The translations under genes were made by a program, and so were the position numbers. A stretch of 34,132 bases of DNA from Chiloscyllium plagiosum (Eukaryota), in contig NW_025215367.1 of NCBI RefSeq assembly GCF_004010195.1, forward strand, positions 52,098-86,229. The letters are read 5' to 3'. Positions 33,601-34,132 of this stretch are shown piece by piece (positions within the stretch are counted from its first letter, which is position 1; each line of letters begins with the position of its first letter). A model generated the notes under the pieces. That model was not told the origin of the DNA and made no database searches. It saw nothing but the letters and a program-made list of their open reading frames with translations.

Positions 33601-34132
33601 CACTATCCCAGTCCTGCATATAATCTGTAATGTAACACAGCACTCTCCCAGTCCTGTATATAATCTGTAATGTTACAGACGCACTGTCCCTGTCCTGTCT
33701 GTAATCTGTAATGTAACACAGTACTCCCCCAGTTCTGTACATAAACTGTAATGTAACACAGCACTCTCCCAGTCCTGTACATAAACTGTAATGTAACACT
33801 GTACTCTCCCAGTCCTGTACATAAACTGTAATGTGACACAGTACTCTCCCTGTCCTGTATATAATCTGTAATGTAACACAGCACTGTCCCAGTCCTCTAT
33901 ATACTCTGTAATGTAATACAGCACTCTCCCAGTCCTGTATATCATCTGTAATTTAACACAGTACTGTCCCTGTCCTGTATATAGCCTGTAATGTAACACA
34001 GCACTGTCCCAGTCCGGTATATACTCTGTAATGTAACTCTTCCTGTCCTGTATATAATCTGTAATGTAACACAGCACTGCCCCAGTCCTGTATGTAATCT
34101 GTAATGTAACACAGTACTGTCCCTGTCCTGTA
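24643..34132. repeat. 40-bp minisatellite, ~230 copies, runs off window end
   Basis: Consensus CACTCTCCCAGTCCTGTATATAATCTGTAATGTAACACAG with many variant units. Interrupted by a SINE at 29513-29841. Confidence 0.97.
29513..29841 (+). mobile_element. Full-length V-SINE (HE1-like) inserted in the 40-bp array
   Basis: Box A TGACACAGTGG (29527-29537), box B GGTTCAATTCC (29571-29581), V-domain, CR1-like tail, (TGTAA)n(TCTAA)n. TSD CTCAGT at 29507-29512 and 29842-29847. Confidence 0.95.

Noticed and set aside
24599..34077. Many minus-strand ORFs (VLCYITDYIQDWESAVLHYRL...)
   Set aside because: Frame-cycling translation of the 40-bp minisatellite.
21829..34132. CRISPR-like regular arrays
   Set aside because: Head-to-tail tandem units with no unique spacers, no cas genes, vertebrate context.

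Overview
Eukaryotic, repeat-dense intronic DNA, almost certainly from a shark or ray (inferred from the HE1-type V-SINE, CR1/HER1-type LINE and Penelope-like repeats). There is one real protein-coding feature: a 302-nt internal exon of an alpha-neurexin gene (LNS2 domain, most like NRXN2) at 18440-18741 on the + strand, with canonical splice signals and about 95% GC3. Everything else is mobile-element debris, two N gaps (13126-13769, 20603-21065) and large tandem arrays: 53-bp and 30-bp minisatellites grown out of a V-SINE, a 238/240-bp AT-rich array, an interstitial telomere-like array with an 84-bp higher-order unit, and a ~9.5-kb 40-bp minisatellite carrying a full SINE insertion. Most notable: (1) a 229-bp palindromic Penelope-type insertion with a 15-bp target-site duplication and a minimal hammerhead-ribozyme-like motif on each strand, about 370 nt downstream of the exon; (2) direct evidence that short internal direct repeats of the SINE seed minisatellites at independent loci. 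No prokaryotic systems or CRISPR arrays are present. The long ORFs in the track are artefacts of the repeats.
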